From NCBI GenBank assembly GCA_963780185.1, contig CAWABA010000002.1, forward strand, positions 1-17,528: a stretch of 17,528 nucleotides of DNA. Direction: 5' to 3'. Positions 14,662 to 17,528 of this stretch are shown piece by piece. The position numbers were made by a program, and so were the translations under genes. A model generated the notes under the pieces. It saw only the letters and a program-made list of their open reading frames with translations. It was not told the origin of the DNA and did not search any database. This DNA is from Candidatus Bathyarchaeota archaeon (lineage in GTDB: Archaea; Thermoproteota; Bathyarchaeia; Bathyarchaeales; Bathycorpusculaceae). Position 1 is the stretch's first letter; each line of letters starts with the position of its first letter.

Positions 14662-17048
14662 ATGCCTCAGCCAGCAAGTAACAATTCAGAGCGTAACGAT
14701 GTTGTTGCTGCAAATGAACTATCCAAAATCTACAAGCAGCGCGAGGCGGAAAATGCTCTGAGCGTGTCTGAAAAAAAGCACCATTCCCTATTTGAAAACA
14801 TGTTGAATGGCTTTGCTTTTTGCCAAATGATCTTTGATGAAAAAAACAAACCAGTGGATCTTGTTTATCTTGAAATTAATGATGCGTTCGAACGGATAAC
14901 AGGTCTAAAACGAGAAACTGTCGTCGGAAAAAGAGTTACGGAAGCGATACCTGGAATAGAACGAGCCAATCCTGAGTTGATTGAAATCTACGGTAGAGTT
15001 GCACTCACCGGCAATGAAGAGAGGTTTGAAATATTTTTTAAGCCCTTTAGTTTATGGCTATCTATTTCCGTGTACTGTCCACTGAAGGGGTATTTAGCAG
15101 TTGTATTTGAGGATATTACTGAACGTAAGAAAGTTGAGCAGGAGCTTTGGAAGGCGAAGAATGATTGGGAACGCACTTTTGAAAGTGTCCCCGACTTCAT
15201 AGCTATCATTGATAACAAATATCGAATTGTTAGGGTTAATCGAGCGATGGCGCAGCAGTTAGGCGTCACGCAGGAACAAGCCATCGGACTCTTCTGCTAC
15301 CAATGTGTGCACGGATTAGAAAGTGTGCCTGATTTTTGTCCACATAGCCAAACAGTGAAAGATGAAAAAAAGCACACGCTGAAGTGCGTGAACCCCGCCT
15401 CGGAGGAGACTTTTTGGTAACAACATCCCCTCTAAAAGATGAACAAGGAAGTATTGTTGGCTCGGTACACGTGGCAAGAGACATTACTGAACTCAAGAAA
15501 GCTGAAGAAGCATTAAAGGAAAACGAGAAAAGACTAAACAGAAGCCAAGAGATAGCGCATCTTGGCAGTTGGGAACTTGATTTAGTTAAAAACCTACTTG
15601 TGTGGTCAGACGAGGTTTACCGAATTTTTGGTTTGAAGCCGCAGGAGTTTGGTGCAACTTACGAGGCTTTTCTTGATGCTGTACATCCTGATGACCGCGA
15701 AAAAGTTGACAAAGCGTATTCTGGGTCGCTGCATGAGGGGAAGGACTCTTATGAGGTTGAGCATCGGGTACTGAGAAAGGCTACTGGAGAAGTGCGGATA
15801 GTTCGCGAGAAATGCGAGCATATCCGTGACACATCAGGAAAAATAGTTAGGTCCATTGGAATGGTGCAGGACGTGACCGAACCGAAAAAAGCTGAGGATG
15901 AATTGGGTGAGACAAGAGGTTACTTGGAGAATCTTCTGAATTACGCCAACGCACCCATAATTGTATGGGATACAGAATTCAAAATCACGTTATTCAACCA
16001 TGCCTTCGAACGTTTGACTGGACTTAGCGCCAATGAGGTTGTTGGCAAAAGCTTAGAAATTCTCTTTCCTGACGACAAAAAGCAATCTGCTCTTAATTAC
16101 ATTCAGCGGACAATCGCTGGTGAATACTTGGAAACTGTAGAGATTCCGATTAAAAGCGTAAATGGAAATGTAAGCACGTTATTGTGGAATTCAGCCAATA
16201 TATATGACGAAATAGGCGCAAAGATCGTTGCGACAATCGCTCAGGGACAGGACATAACTATGCGCAAGGAAATGCAAGATAGACTTGAAGCCTATGCCAA
16301 AAATTTGGAGAAGCTTGTTGAGGAGCGGACTAAGCAGCTTAAGGATTCAGAGCGTTTGGCTACCATTGGGGCAACTGCAGGTATGGTTGGGCACGACATT
16401 CGTAATCCATTGCAGGCGATTACCAGTGACGTTTACTTGCTGAAGTCTGAATTGGATTCAATCCCTGAAGGCGAAGAAAGAAATGCCGTGGAAGAAAGTT
16501 TGGATGGTATCGAAAAAAACATTGATTACATCAACAAGATTGTGGCGGATCTACAAGACTTCGCTAAACCCCTCAATCCAAATACCGAAATAACCGACTT
16601 AAAACTCATAATTGACAATTTGTTGAAAAAGACTGATTTGCCAGAAAATGTAAACGTAAAAGTCAAAGTCGAAGATGCAGCCAGAGTAGTTATGGCTGAC
16701 TCCACTTACATAAATCGTATACTTTACAATTTAGTGAATAACGCTGTTCAAGCCATGCCAAAAGGCGGAAACCTAACGGTAAGTGTCCATAAAGACAAGA
16801 AAAGAAATGACACAATCTTAACTGTTGAAGATACAGGTGTAGGCATTCCTGAAAAGGCGAAAGACAAATTGTTCACGCCAATGTTTACGACAAAATCTAA
16901 AGGTCAAGGATTCGGCTTAGTCGTAGTTAAGCGAATGACAGAAGCGTTAGGTGGAACAGTAACTTTTGAAAGCCAAGAGGGAAAAGGAACAACCTTCACC
17001 GTACGTTTGTCATCCCGCCAACGGGAACCAACAGCAAATCCAACCTGA
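14662..17048 (+). pseudogene. Cytoplasmic multi-PAS (4 PAS) sensor histidine kinase, one frameshift
   Basis: ORFs 14653..15420 and 15384..17048 join with a 1-nt deletion at ~15370-15377 (KDEKKH-x-AEVREPRLGG). Four PAS units end in EDITERK, RDITELK, QDVTEPK and QDITMRK. Kinase boxes: H VGHDIRNPL, N NLVNNAVQAM, G1 DTGVGI, F FTTK, G2 GQGFGL. No TM segment. It may be intact in vivo. Confidence 0.88.
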
Positions 17049-17067
17049 AACGACTGGAAAAATCCAC

Positions 17068-17528
17068 CTATTGGGTTGTTTGGCTTCTCGGCTTTATTTT
17101 TTTGGTCACATAGCTCTGTTCCAGAAGATATGAGTACCGTTTGATGAACCATTTCTTAACGACCTCAACCAAAAGCAAGTAGCCAGCTATCAATCCCACG
17201 AGGGCCAGATAGAACGTTGCTGGGGGTGGCGTGAACCCGAATAAGGTACTGAGAGGCGTGTAGGGAAGCGCAAACGCGACTGCGATAACGGTTAAGCTGC
17301 TTATCGCCAGAAACTTGCCAGGTTTGCTTTTGTAGAACGGTGTTTTTCTGGTTCTAAGCACGAAAACCACGAAGGCTTGTGTGGATAGCGACTCTACGAA
17401 CCATGCGGCTTGAAAAGCAGGAACTGCCATTTTGAACACGACCAGTAACAAAAAGAGGTAAAAAGTCAATAATGGAGCCCACGGGTCCCATAATCACCAT
17501 GAATCTTCTTATGTATGAGATGTCCAGC
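17068..17528 (-). CDS. mgtA: Mg2+-translocating P-type ATPase (MgtA-like), 3' end only; runs off the window
   Basis: FQAAWFVESLSTQAFVVFVLRT..PF..SKP and LPYTPL...FGF.P match the MgtA/MgtB C-terminal membrane domain. Upstream, in another frame, DISYIRRFMVIMGPVGSIIDF implies a further frameshift at ~17455-17462. Confidence 0.8.

Noticed and set aside
1-17528. CRISPR array, tRNA/rRNA, IS element or antiphage defence genes
   Set aside because: No regularly spaced repeats, cloverleaf, transposase or defence-domain motifs were seen by eye.

Overview
Archaeal window, most likely Bathyarchaeia. That assignment is an inference from the archaeal-type eS19/eL39/eL31/Rpp21 genes, frequent TTG/GTG/CTG starts and the GQGFGL G2 box of the kinase. 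From left to right: (1) a surface-glycan block with a Wzx-like flippase and dTDP-L-rhamnose genes rfbA-C-B-D; (2) rnp4 (Rpp21) and yhbY; (3) a ~6.4 kb central-metabolism block containing sucD and sucC (minus strand), a 4-TM + Ig-like membrane protein, sdhA, sdhB with no SdhC/D anchor, and a stand-alone RnfC-like 2[4Fe-4S] ferredoxin; (4) rps19e, a PDCD5-family DNA-binding protein, rpl39e (missing from the ORF track) and rpl31e with a long Glu-rich extension; (5) a cytoplasmic 4-PAS histidine kinase and the 3' end of an MgtA-like P-type ATPase. Block 3 splits the normally contiguous archaeal rnp4-yhbY-rps19e cluster and is the best candidate for an undescribed system: a possibly soluble, ferredoxin-linked succinate/fumarate module. 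Seven deletion-type frameshifts hit the flippase, rfbA, the kinase and mgtA. They may be long-read errors or real decay.
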